From a virus, in IMG/VR virus record IMGVR_UViG_3300015265_000205, positions 3,222 to 67,221 of that record: DNA of 64,000 nt; one strand, written 5' to 3'. Within the stretch, counting starts at the first letter, position 1. Each line of letters opens with the position of its first letter. The notes under the pieces were generated by a model. The model was not told the DNA's origin and did no database searches. It was given only the letters and a program-made list of their open reading frames with translations. The translations under genes were made by a program, and so were the position numbers. Shown in pieces: positions 37,206 to 46,284 of the stretch.

Positions 37206-38003
37206 ATGCCATTCAAATATGACGCAAACGGCAATATCGCCATGGATGCCGATAAGAAGCCGATCTTCATCAATACTGATGGTGCCGAAGCGCCGTTCGA
37301 TGCTGATGCTACGGTCGCCACCATTGGCCGCCTGAATGGCGAGGCCAAGGCGCACCGCATCGCCAAGGAAACCGCCGAAGCAGCATTAAAGCCATTTAAG
37401 GATGCCGGTATCGAAGACGCGGCAGCCGCAGCCCAAGCGATCACGTTGGCTAAAAACATCAAGGACGGCGACCTGGTCACCGCAGGCAAGGTTCAGGAAA
37501 TCAAGGACGCCGCCACGCGCACCGCGCAAGAGCAGGTCGCAAACGCTACGCGGGCCGCCGAAGAAAAGCAGCGCGCACTGACCGAGCAGAACGAAAAGCT
37601 CACGCAGAACCTGAACAACCACATCATCGGCGGCAGTTTCGCCAGTTCCAAGTTTATTTCCGAAAAGCTGGCCATTCCTGCAGATATCGCGCAGAAGGTC
37701 TTCGGCGACCGCTTCAAGGTCGACAACGGCAAGCTGGTCCCGATGGGGCCGGATGGCAACCCGATTTTTTCCGCCACCCGCCACGGCGAGCATGCCGATT
37801 TCGAAGAAGCTCTTCAGGTCATGGTTGGTCAGTACGCCAACAAGGACATGATCCTGAAAGGTAGCGGCGCCTCCGGTGGTGGCGCGTCTGGTGGCGGTGC
37901 TGGCGCCGGTGGCGGCAAGACCATCACGCGCGCGCAGTTCGATTCGATGGATCAAGCGCAGCGCGCCGCCGCTTTCAAAGACGGTGCGAAGATGGTTGAT
38001 TAA
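37206..38003 (+). CDS. Scaffolding protein (DUF6651-like)
   Basis: Coiled coil, Gly-rich linker, KTITRAQF tail; before the capsid gene. Confidence 0.82.
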   Translation: MPFKYDANGNIAMDADKKPIFINTDGAEAPFDADATVATIGRLNGEAKAHRIAKETAEAALKPFKDAGIEDAAAAAQAITLAKNIKDGDLVTAGKVQEIKDAATRTAQEQVANATRAAEEKQRALTEQNEKLTQNLNNHIIGGSFASSKFISEKLAIPADIAQKVFGDRFKVDNGKLVPMGPDGNPIFSATRHGEHADFEEALQVMVGQYANKDMILKGSGASGGGASGGGAGAGGGKTITRAQFDSMDQAQRAAAFKDGAKMVD

Positions 38004-38136
38004 TTGATATTTACGTAAGACCGGCCCGCCTTTGCGGGCTTTTTATTGCCCTGGCGGTGGATGCCAAAGGGGTGCTTTGGGCTGGATGGCCTGTTTGCAA
38101 CAACTCCCAAATCACTCTCTTTGAAGGCCACACACA

Positions 38137-39282
38137 ATGCCAAACGTATTGAACAACCTCGCCGCCGATATGTACCGCGCGGCGGATATCGTCGGTCGCG
38201 AAATGATCGGCATCATTCCATCGGTCACCCTGAACACCGCTTCGGTGGCTGTCGCGATGGGCGATACCGTGCGCTCGCACTTCACCCGCGCCGCAGTGGT
38301 GCAGGGCATGACGCCATCCATGACTATTCCGGAGGGTACCGACCAAACGGTCGATAACAAAACGCTGACCATCGACACACCGGCCAGCGTCCAGATTCCA
38401 TGGACCGGCGAGGATATGCGGCACGTCAACAACGGAGCCGGTTTCGAAACGATCTACGGTGACCAGATTGCCCAGGCTTTCCGCGCCATCACCAACCAGA
38501 TGGAAGCGTCGGCCTGGCAACTGGCCTACAAAGCCGGCTCGCGTGCCTTCGGCATCGCTGGCACCACGCCATTCGGCTCGAACTTCAACGAAGTGGCCGA
38601 AGTGCGCCAGATCCTGGTCGACAACGGCTGCCCGGATGATGGCCAGCTGTCGATGATTTTCAACACCGCCGCCGGCACCAAGCTGCGTAACTTGTCCAGC
38701 CTGCAGAAGGTGAACGAGTCCGGCACTGACCAGCTGCTGCGCCAAGGCGTGTTGCTGAATCTGCAAAACATCATGCTGAAGGAATCGGCTGGCATCGGCA
38801 TCGCGACTAAAGGTACCGGAACGGGTTACACCACCAATGCCGCTGGCTATGCAGTTGGTGCCACCTCGATCACTCTGATTTCCGGCGCCGGTACCTCCGT
38901 TGCAGGCGACACCGTGACGTTCGCCGGTGACGGCAATCAGTACGTGGTCGCCGCTGGCCTGGGCGCGCCTGGCGTTCTGACCATCGCCGAGCCCGGCCTG
39001 CGCCAAGCAATCCCAGCGGCCGCGACGGCAGTCACTATCGGCAATAGCTACACCGCAAACATTTGCCTGCACAAAGCAGCGTTCGAAGTGGCGATGCGTC
39101 CGATGTCTGACCCGGCCGGCGGCGATGCTGCCGTCGACAAAATGCTGATTCAAGACCCGCGCAGCGGCTTGATCTTCGAAGTCGCTGCCTACAAAGGCTT
39201 CAAGAAGGCAATGTTTAACGTTTCTTGTGTCTATGGCATGAAAGCGTGGAAGTCGCCGAACATCGCAGTTCTCAAGGGTTAA
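38137..39282 (+). CDS. Major capsid protein (P22 coat-like)
   Basis: 381 aa after scaffold; DIVGREMIGIIP, YGMKAWK. Confidence 0.88.
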   Translation: MPNVLNNLAADMYRAADIVGREMIGIIPSVTLNTASVAVAMGDTVRSHFTRAAVVQGMTPSMTIPEGTDQTVDNKTLTIDTPASVQIPWTGEDMRHVNNGAGFETIYGDQIAQAFRAITNQMEASAWQLAYKAGSRAFGIAGTTPFGSNFNEVAEVRQILVDNGCPDDGQLSMIFNTAAGTKLRNLSSLQKVNESGTDQLLRQGVLLNLQNIMLKESAGIGIATKGTGTGYTTNAAGYAVGATSITLISGAGTSVAGDTVTFAGDGNQYVVAAGLGAPGVLTIAEPGLRQAIPAAATAVTIGNSYTANICLHKAAFEVAMRPMSDPAGGDAAVDKMLIQDPRSGLIFEVAAYKGFKKAMFNVSCVYGMKAWKSPNIAVLKG

Positions 39283-39325
39283 TCTCCCACCATCAACCAA
39301 GGGGCCTCGGCCCCTGTTTTTAGAG

Positions 39326-39742
39326 GTGACCATGTCCACCGTCCCGACCGTAAAGATCGTATCCCTCCAATCGCACGAGAATCCTGATGGCTTCATCGTG
39401 ATCAACAAAGCCGACTTCGACCCCGACGCGCACGAGCTGTACGGCGACGACAACGACCTGGGCGCGCCCACCGAGCGTGCACCAACCATGGCCGAACTGT
39501 TGGCCGCGCGCGACCAGCTGCTGGCGCGCGAGCGCGAACTGGAGGCCGAAAAGGAGCGCATTACCGCGAAGGAGCAGCTCCTGGCCGAGCAGGCGCAGGC
39601 CAACGAGGCCGAAGCGCAGCGCCTGCGCGATGAGGCGGCAAGCCTCCAGACTGCCAAGGATGCAACTGCTGCCGCTGCACAGGTGCAAGTTGCAGCGGCC
39701 ACGGCCACGGCCGAAAAGCCAGCCAAAGCTGCCAAGGCGTAA
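39326..39742 (+). CDS. Head-associated coiled-coil protein
   Basis: INKADFDP..HEL motif; GAGG RBS. Confidence 0.7.
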   Translation: MTMSTVPTVKIVSLQSHENPDGFIVINKADFDPDAHELYGDDNDLGAPTERAPTMAELLAARDQLLARERELEAEKERITAKEQLLAEQAQANEAEAQRLRDEAASLQTAKDATAAAAQVQVAAATATAEKPAKAAKA

Positions 39743-39804
39743 TCCTCGGCCAGCGCCGCCCCGTACGCCGGGGCATTCCATAAACCGCATTCCCGAAAGC
39801 CACT

Positions 39805-41253
39805 ATGCCAACCATCACCGCCGGCGGCACGCCGCAAACTATCATCTTGCCCGTGGGCCAAGTCTTGAACGTCAGCGGCGGCGCCGGAACGGCTGGCGTG
39901 GCCTATCTCCTCGATCCAATGCTGGGTGGCACAAACTCGGTGCAATCGTGGATGATTGGCGTTGGTGCGCTATTGCCAATCGGGCCGTATGCAGACCAGC
40001 AGCGCTTCCTGGTGACGTGTTCATCAGGGAGTGTTGATGTGAGCTTAGGTAATGCGGTGCTGGGTGCGCCGCGCGTTGTAAAAAATGTGGCTGGACTTGC
40101 TGACAGCGCTGGCACGCTGCTGCCAGCAACGGGCCCAGCCGGAGTATTGAATTTCAATCCCGCTCGAATGCGAAAATGGTGCGCTGCTAAAGCGCGCGTG
40201 CTGTCGAAGGCTGGCCGTGGCATCGTCGCCCTGATGGGGGATTCTCGTACTACAGGATTCGGCGCGGCAGGTACCGCCAATTTTGTCGGCGCCCGGGCAA
40301 AGAACAGGGCTGCGCAACTTGCCGCATTTTTGAATGCGCAGGGCCTGCCCGCTCATACAGACAGTTTCTTCTGCGATGGCAATATCAATTCGGTAGGCGC
40401 CACCGCGCCCCAATACGATCCACGCATCACCATGGGGGCGGGCTGGACCAACAGCGGCGCTTTCAACGTAGTGCAGTGGACGGGTTTTGGCATCGCGTTC
40501 TCGAACCTGACCACGCTGAATGCAATGTCGTTCACTCCGGACAACCCGACCGATACGGCGGACGTCTATTACTTGACGCGCCCAGGTTTCGGCTCATTCA
40601 CTATCAGCGTGGGTGGTAATGTTATTAAAACCATAGATGCCAACGTGGCGCAGAGCATCAAGAAGGAGACCGTGACGTTCCCGCGCGGTGCGAACACTGT
40701 CACGTTCACGCCTGCGGCACTGGGTTCAGGCGTGTTCGTTTATGGCTGCGATTGCTATGACTCGACGATGCCAAAGATTTCCGTATGGACTCTCGGAAAT
40801 TCCGGCGGCGGAGTGGCCAACCTGACCTACAACACCTATCCCTGGGAGGGCACGCAGCCCTTCAAGCTTGGAGTCATGACGCCCGACATCGTGATTCTTG
40901 ATATCGGCGTCAACGATGCGAACAGTGCGATGGCCCTGGCCACGTACTCGCAGCGCCTTACTACCATTGTGGACAACGTGCAGACAGGCGGGAGCAATTG
41001 CATTCTCAGCACATTTTTGCCCGCCAGTCTGGCTTCCTGGCCAAGAGCGGCGCCGCCGTTGGTGCAGCCGTACTGGGATGCAATCACCGGCGCTGCAATA
41101 GCGAAGGGATTGCCGCTTATCGACCATGCTTCACGATTCGGATCGTATGAGCTTTCAAACCCGCTTGGTTTGTATGCGGACACCCTGCATCAGAATGGTG
41201 TGGCGATGGCGGATCAGGCCCAGATCGATGGTGCTGTATTGCTAGCGGCATAA
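39805..41253 (+). CDS. SGNH/GDSL hydrolase
   Basis: MGDS, GNSG, GVND, DTLH blocks all intact. Confidence 0.85.
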   Translation: MPTITAGGTPQTIILPVGQVLNVSGGAGTAGVAYLLDPMLGGTNSVQSWMIGVGALLPIGPYADQQRFLVTCSSGSVDVSLGNAVLGAPRVVKNVAGLADSAGTLLPATGPAGVLNFNPARMRKWCAAKARVLSKAGRGIVALMGDSRTTGFGAAGTANFVGARAKNRAAQLAAFLNAQGLPAHTDSFFCDGNINSVGATAPQYDPRITMGAGWTNSGAFNVVQWTGFGIAFSNLTTLNAMSFTPDNPTDTADVYYLTRPGFGSFTISVGGNVIKTIDANVAQSIKKETVTFPRGANTVTFTPAALGSGVFVYGCDCYDSTMPKISVWTLGNSGGGVANLTYNTYPWEGTQPFKLGVMTPDIVILDIGVNDANSAMALATYSQRLTTIVDNVQTGGSNCILSTFLPASLASWPRAAPPLVQPYWDAITGAAIAKGLPLIDHASRFGSYELSNPLGLYADTLHQNGVAMADQAQIDGAVLLAA

Positions 41254-41315
41254 GTAAAAAATGGGTTCGGAGGCGTTTGCGGCGCGCCAAATGGCTGTTA
41301 TTAAAAAGGATATCC

Positions 41316-41828
41316 ATGATCATCACTGAAACCGGCGCCGGCTTGCCCGACGCCGAGTCCTACGCCAGCGTCGCTGCGGCGGACGCGCGCTGTGCCAGCC
41401 TGGGCTCGACCGCCTGGGCTGGGCTGGCCGATGCCGACAAGGAAATCGCACTGCGTAAGGCTATGATCTTCATGGGCACCTACCGCACGCGCTGGGCTGG
41501 CCGCCGCGTGCATCAGCGCCAAGCGCTGGATTGGCCGCGCTACAACGTGGCCGTCGACGGCTTCATCGTGCCCAGCACCACCGTGCCGGTCGACGTGGTC
41601 AATGCCTGCATCGATCTGGCGGTACGCGCCGGCAGCGGCGAGGACTTGCTGCCAGACCTCGACACCGGTTCGAACGCGATCAAAAAAGACAAGACCGGCC
41701 CGCTGGAGACGGAGTACTTCCAGAACACCACGGACGCGCGCGAGCGCTTCGTCGCTGTGGACGCGCTCCTGGCGCCTTACTTCGGCTCAGCCGGCGGCGG
41801 CAATTCGATGAAGGTGGTGCGAGCATGA
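41316..41828 (+). CDS. Head-tail adaptor (DnaT-like ssDNA-binding family)
   Basis: ETGAGLPDAESYASVA..QALDWPR..GPLETEY. Confidence 0.8.
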   Translation: MIITETGAGLPDAESYASVAAADARCASLGSTAWAGLADADKEIALRKAMIFMGTYRTRWAGRRVHQRQALDWPRYNVAVDGFIVPSTTVPVDVVNACIDLAVRAGSGEDLLPDLDTGSNAIKKDKTGPLETEYFQNTTDARERFVAVDALLAPYFGSAGGGNSMKVVRA

Positions 41829-42256
41829 CAATCATCGCCTGGGACGGCCAGACCCTCGCCGCAGACAAGCAGGGCACCAATTACGGCTGTGCTTACGCTG
41901 TCACGAAAATCCATCGGGTACCAGGAGGCCTGGTGGCGTTCAGCGGCTCCGGCTCGCATGCCGCCGCGCTCTTGAAATGGTTCGAGGCCGGCCGGCCTGC
42001 CGATGCTTATCCAGTTGGCACCGAAGAAAACGGAGCGGGCAGCATGTTCATCGCCTCGGATCGGAAAATATTCATATATGCCCATAACGGACCGCACCCT
42101 GAATTAATCGAGGAGAGGTTCTTCGCGCGTGGTGCCGGCCGCGACTACGCCTTGGCTGCAATGCATTTAGGGAAAAGTGCACGCGAGGCGGTGGAGGTGG
42201 CATGCTTTTTTGATACGTCATGCGGCAAAGGCATCGACGTGCTGGAGATCGAATGA
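41825..42256 (+). CDS. Ntn-hydrolase (proteasome beta / HslV-like) protein
   Basis: M-T-IIAW..LAADKQ..KI..FSG..ARGAGRDYALAAM..AREAVEVA..D..CG. Confidence 0.75.
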   Translation: MTIIAWDGQTLAADKQGTNYGCAYAVTKIHRVPGGLVAFSGSGSHAAALLKWFEAGRPADAYPVGTEENGAGSMFIASDRKIFIYAHNGPHPELIEERFFARGAGRDYALAAMHLGKSAREAVEVACFFDTSCGKGIDVLEIE

Positions 42257-42627
42257 CCGACTACACCAAAACCGCCGCGCGCGCCGACCAGTCCCTGCGC
42301 CGCAAAGGCGGCATCGTGGTGCTGCGCCAGGTCGTGACCGGCGAATACGACCCGGACCTGGGCGCGGCGCCCACCGTCACCACGGACTATGAAGGTACGG
42401 GCGTGAAGATCGCCTACGAGGCCGAGAACATCGATGGCACATTGATCCAGGCAGGCGACCAGAAGCTACTGCTTTCGCCGCTGCAGCGCAATGGCCAAGC
42501 CATGCCGGTTCCGACGGCGGCCGACCTGGTGCTGTTCGGCGGCGCCAGCTACACGGTGAAGAGCGTCGAAACCACAGCGCCGGTCGACGTGGCCGTGCTG
42601 CACACGCTGCAACTCAGGGGGCTTTGA
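42253..42627 (+). CDS. Head closure protein
   Basis: YDP..G..IDGTLIQAGD; position. Confidence 0.75.
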   Translation: MTDYTKTAARADQSLRRKGGIVVLRQVVTGEYDPDLGAAPTVTTDYEGTGVKIAYEAENIDGTLIQAGDQKLLLSPLQRNGQAMPVPTAADLVLFGGASYTVKSVETTAPVDVAVLHTLQLRGL

Positions 42628-43124
42628 TGGCAAGCATGTCCTTTTCGATGCAAATCGCTGATTTCATCGCCAAGACGAAGGCCAGCCAAGATCTGGTGGT
42701 GCGCGCTATCACCATGAAGATTGCTGAAGAAATCGACAGCAGGTCGCCTGTTGGTGACGCCACATATTGGAAGAGCAAGCCACCACCGGGTTACGCTGGC
42801 GGCAGATTTAGGGGTAATTGGCAATTATCTATAGGCTCGCCGACTGCCGCCACCCTTGATCGTATCGATAAAGATGGCTCAGCCACGATGGCGGCGAATG
42901 GGGCTACCATAAAGACCGCTAAATCAGGCGATGTTATCTATCTGGTGAACAATCTTCCCTATGCAAGAAGAATCGAAGAGGGATGGTCCGGTAAGGCTCC
43001 GATTGGCGTGGTTGCCATCACGGTAGTGAAATTTAGCGTCATCGTTGACAATGCAGTGAACGGCGTGCGCAGCGGCACCACCGCCAGCGAATTCGCCCAA
43101 GGCTATTCGACCTACAAATTATGA
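42627..43124 (+). CDS. Neck protein (HK97 gp10-like)
   Basis: SPVG..GRFRGNW..NNLPYARRIEEGWS.KAP. Confidence 0.78.
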   Translation: MASMSFSMQIADFIAKTKASQDLVVRAITMKIAEEIDSRSPVGDATYWKSKPPPGYAGGRFRGNWQLSIGSPTAATLDRIDKDGSATMAANGATIKTAKSGDVIYLVNNLPYARRIEEGWSGKAPIGVVAITVVKFSVIVDNAVNGVRSGTTASEFAQGYSTYKL

Positions 43125-43522
43125 GCCAACCAACAATACGCGCCGTGCTGGAATCGGTCCTGGCCAGCCTTGCACCGGCCATCGACACCGCATGGCAGAA
43201 CGTGCCATACACCCCCGTCACCGGCCGGCCGTATCAAGCTGCCTACCTGCTGCCAGCGGAGCCGAACAACTATTCTATGGGCGACGGCGCACGCCAGGAG
43301 CGCGGCATCTTCCAGGTCAGCTTGCTGTATCCGCCAGGGCAGGGCACCGCGGCGGCCGGTGCGCGCGCTGAAATGATCGCGGCGTTATTCAAGCGCGGCG
43401 CAAACTTCACGAAGGGCGATGTGACCGTGCAGATCGAGCGCACGCCCGAAATCGCGGACGGCCGCGAGGACGGGGACCGTTGGATGGTCCCTGTCAAGAT
43501 CAGGTATTTCTGCAACCTGTAA
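43121..43522 (+). CDS. Tail terminator protein
   Basis: GIFQVSLLYP; position before tail tube. Confidence 0.75.
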   Translation: MSQPTIRAVLESVLASLAPAIDTAWQNVPYTPVTGRPYQAAYLLPAEPNNYSMGDGARQERGIFQVSLLYPPGQGTAAAGARAEMIAALFKRGANFTKGDVTVQIERTPEIADGREDGDRWMVPVKIRYFCNL

Positions 43523-43589
43523 CCCGCATCACCCCACACAGATCGCCTCGGCGGTCTTTTTTTTCGACCAAAGAAAGGCAATCCACATC

Positions 43590-44792
43590 ATGACCACTGC
43601 AAACGGCATCGACAGCCTGCTCGTTATCGGCAAGCAACCAGCGGAAGGCACGAAGGCCTTGGCCGCCGCCGGCCGCCTCTATCCGCGCGTCACCGCGACG
43701 TTCGACACGGACGCCGACAAGTACTCGAGCAACGAAATTGACCCGAGCCAGCAGCAGGGCGATACCCGCCTGGGCAACTTCCGCACCTCCGGCGCCATCA
43801 AGGGCGAGGCGAGCTGCGGCACCTACGCCGTGCTGCTGGCCGCGCTGCTGCGCCGCGACTTCACGGCCGGCGGCGTTACCGCAGCGCAAAACACCATCGC
43901 ATCGGGTGCTACGGGCCTGACGCGCAGCGTCGGCTCGTTCCTGGCAGATGGCCACCGCGCCGGCACCGTCGTGCGCATCGGCGGCTTCCTGACCACCGGC
44001 GCTGCCAACAATGCCAAGAACTTCTTCGTCACCTCGGCTACCGCGTTGAAGCTGACGGGCCAGTTCATGGACGGCAGCGCCATGACGGTGAAGGTGGAGG
44101 GCGATCCCGTGACCGTGACCGCAACCGGCAAGCGCAGCTTCACGCCGCTGACCGGCCACACCACGGACTGGTTCACCGCAGAAGTGCAGGATCCGGGCAT
44201 TGCCGTGAATCGTTGCTTCATCGACCAGCTGGTGAGCAAAGTCGACATCGCCGTGCAACCGAACGGCATCACAAGCATGGATTTCACCTTGATGGGCAAG
44301 CTGGAAGGCCCAACCACGCCGGCGGCGTATTTCGCGGCGCCAGCATCCACGCCTGGTACCGGCAAGTTCTCGGGCGCCACCGCGATGCTGTCGGTGGCCG
44401 GCATCCCTTCGCAAATCTGCACGGGCATGTCGCTGTCGCTGGATGGCCAGGTCAAGATCGATCCCGTGATCGGCTCCAAGTTCGCCACGGCCGCATCGCG
44501 CGGCAAGGTGCTGGGCAGCGGCCAGTTCACGGTGCTGATGCAGGACTCGGCATACATCGACTACTTCAAGCAAGAAGTCGAGATGCCTTTGGCCTACGCC
44601 ATGGCGGCAAGCACGGCGCCGCTGGCCGACGTCATGACTATCGCCATGGGCCGCATCAAGATCACCTCGGCGAAAGTCGATGATGGCGAGAAAAACAAGA
44701 TCGTCACGTGCGCTTTCGACATCCTGCGCTACCAAGGCGCCGACGCGCAGCACGAGGCCACGACCGTGGCCTTCCAAGACACTAGTTTGTAA
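43590..44792 (+). CDS. Major tail tube protein
   Basis: 400 aa, SNEI motif; position. Confidence 0.82.
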   Translation: MTTANGIDSLLVIGKQPAEGTKALAAAGRLYPRVTATFDTDADKYSSNEIDPSQQQGDTRLGNFRTSGAIKGEASCGTYAVLLAALLRRDFTAGGVTAAQNTIASGATGLTRSVGSFLADGHRAGTVVRIGGFLTTGAANNAKNFFVTSATALKLTGQFMDGSAMTVKVEGDPVTVTATGKRSFTPLTGHTTDWFTAEVQDPGIAVNRCFIDQLVSKVDIAVQPNGITSMDFTLMGKLEGPTTPAAYFAAPASTPGTGKFSGATAMLSVAGIPSQICTGMSLSLDGQVKIDPVIGSKFATAASRGKVLGSGQFTVLMQDSAYIDYFKQEVEMPLAYAMAASTAPLADVMTIAMGRIKITSAKVDDGEKNKIVTCAFDILRYQGADAQHEATTVAFQDTSL

Positions 44793-44838
44793 CCAATCCG
44801 CCCGGCCACACGCCGGGCTTTCCATGAAGGGCTCTGCC

Positions 44839-45345
44839 ATGCAAGAACTGAAATTCAACGAACACAATTTTGCTCTGGTCGAGCTCGATGGCCGCACTTG
44901 GCTGACCGCCGCCGATATCGCAGTCGCACTGGGCTACAAGCGGAGCGACCAGGTGTCGCGAATTTTCGAGCGCCATAAGCGCGAATTTTCGACATCGATG
45001 ACCTCGATTGTCGAGACCGTCAGTTTGGGAAACGCGAATCTGGTCAATGAAGTTCGCCTGTTCAGCCTTCGCGGCGCGCACTTGATCGGCATGTTCTCCC
45101 GGACTGCAAGTGGCCAGGCTTTCCGCGCCTGGGTACTCGACCAGTTGGATGAGGTGGACCGCCAAGCCGCGCCCACCCGCTCGCTGATGGCGGCGTGGTT
45201 CAAGGCTAGGGCGGCCGTCGACGCGCAAGACAAGTTTGCCAGCATGTGCGGCAAGGGCCTGAGCGAGCATAAGCAGGTCAAGCCTCCGTTGAAAAAGGCA
45301 CTCGACCAGATCGCAACACAGATTCAACCATCACTTCTTTCTTGA
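44839..45345 (+). CDS. BRO-N domain protein (moron in tail operon)
   Basis: WLTAADIAVALGY..VRLFSLRGAHLIGMFSRT..FRAWVLD. Confidence 0.85.
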   Translation: MQELKFNEHNFALVELDGRTWLTAADIAVALGYKRSDQVSRIFERHKREFSTSMTSIVETVSLGNANLVNEVRLFSLRGAHLIGMFSRTASGQAFRAWVLDQLDEVDRQAAPTRSLMAAWFKARAAVDAQDKFASMCGKGLSEHKQVKPPLKKALDQIATQIQPSLLS

Positions 45346-45469
45346 CCCGGCCAAGCGCCGGGTTTTCTTTTTGGCGCAAGCGCCACCCCAGCACCGACCG
45401 GTCGCTGTCGCCTTCGTGGGCGCGGCGGCCGGCACGGGCATTGTTTATTACCCACGAAAGGCATTACCC

Positions 45470-45937
45470 ATGAATACGACCCAAGCAACCCTGAATACCG
45501 CACAAACCCTGGCCGTCGCCGGCTTCGATATCGCCAACCTGTCCGCGCCTGCCGCGCGCGTGACCTTCGACGTACCCGTGATCTTCGACGCCGACGGCGA
45601 GCCCGTGGCCGGCATCAAGATCGTCGGCAAGAATTCCGACGAGTACCGCAAGGAAAGCCACGCCGTGCGCGCTGAAGGCTATAAGAAGTCGGCAAAGCGC
45701 AAGACCGCCATCGACGCCTCCACCGACGAAGGCGCGGATCAGCTGGTGCACGTCATCGATGACAACCAGAAGCGCCTGGCGCTGGCCGTGGCAGTCGACT
45801 GGTACGGCTTCACCAGCAACGGCGCCGTCGTGCCGTTCGACAAGGGCCTGATTGCCACGGCGTTCGACAAATACCCGACCTGGCAAGAGCGCGTCACGGC
45901 CGCCCTGGAAAATGACGCCAATTTTTTGAAGGTCTAA
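45470..45937 (+). CDS. Tail assembly chaperone (G-like)
   Basis: Between tube and tape measure; ends ..DANFLKV. Confidence 0.8.
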   Translation: MNTTQATLNTAQTLAVAGFDIANLSAPAARVTFDVPVIFDADGEPVAGIKIVGKNSDEYRKESHAVRAEGYKKSAKRKTAIDASTDEGADQLVHVIDDNQKRLALAVAVDWYGFTSNGAVVPFDKGLIATAFDKYPTWQERVTAALENDANFLKV

Positions 45938-46284
45938 CCCAGGCCCTGCTGCTGTACGCCGATCACCTGTTTGATCGTGCGGCAGCGGCAGGCGATGGCA
46001 ATGCCAAGGGCGACCACTTGGACACCGCCCGGCAAAACCCGCTTTACCGGGCGCCCGAGGCGCCAGCGGTGCCGCAGCTGCCGCCCGAGCTGGCCTACAT
46101 CTGGACCTGGTTCACCCAGATAAACCAGAAGCGCCAGTGCGGTATGGCCGTGAACGCGCTCACCAGCGCTGAAATACTCGCCTGGCAGGCGCGTCACGGT
46201 GTCCGCTTCGATCCGTTCGAAGAGGGCGTGATCGATCGCCTCGATGCGCTGTTTATTTATCACCAAAACAAGAAGGAAAAATAA
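45922..46284 (+). CDS. Tail assembly chaperone T part, reached by a -1 frameshift
   Basis: Slippery T TTT TTG at 45922-45928; the -1 frame is open to 46284. Confidence 0.75.
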   Translation, partial: FFEGLTQALLLYADHLFDRAAAAGDGNAKGDHLDTARQNPLYRAPEAPAVPQLPPELAYIWTWFTQINQKRQCGMAVNALTSAEILAWQARHGVRFDPFEEGVIDRLDALFIYHQNKKEK

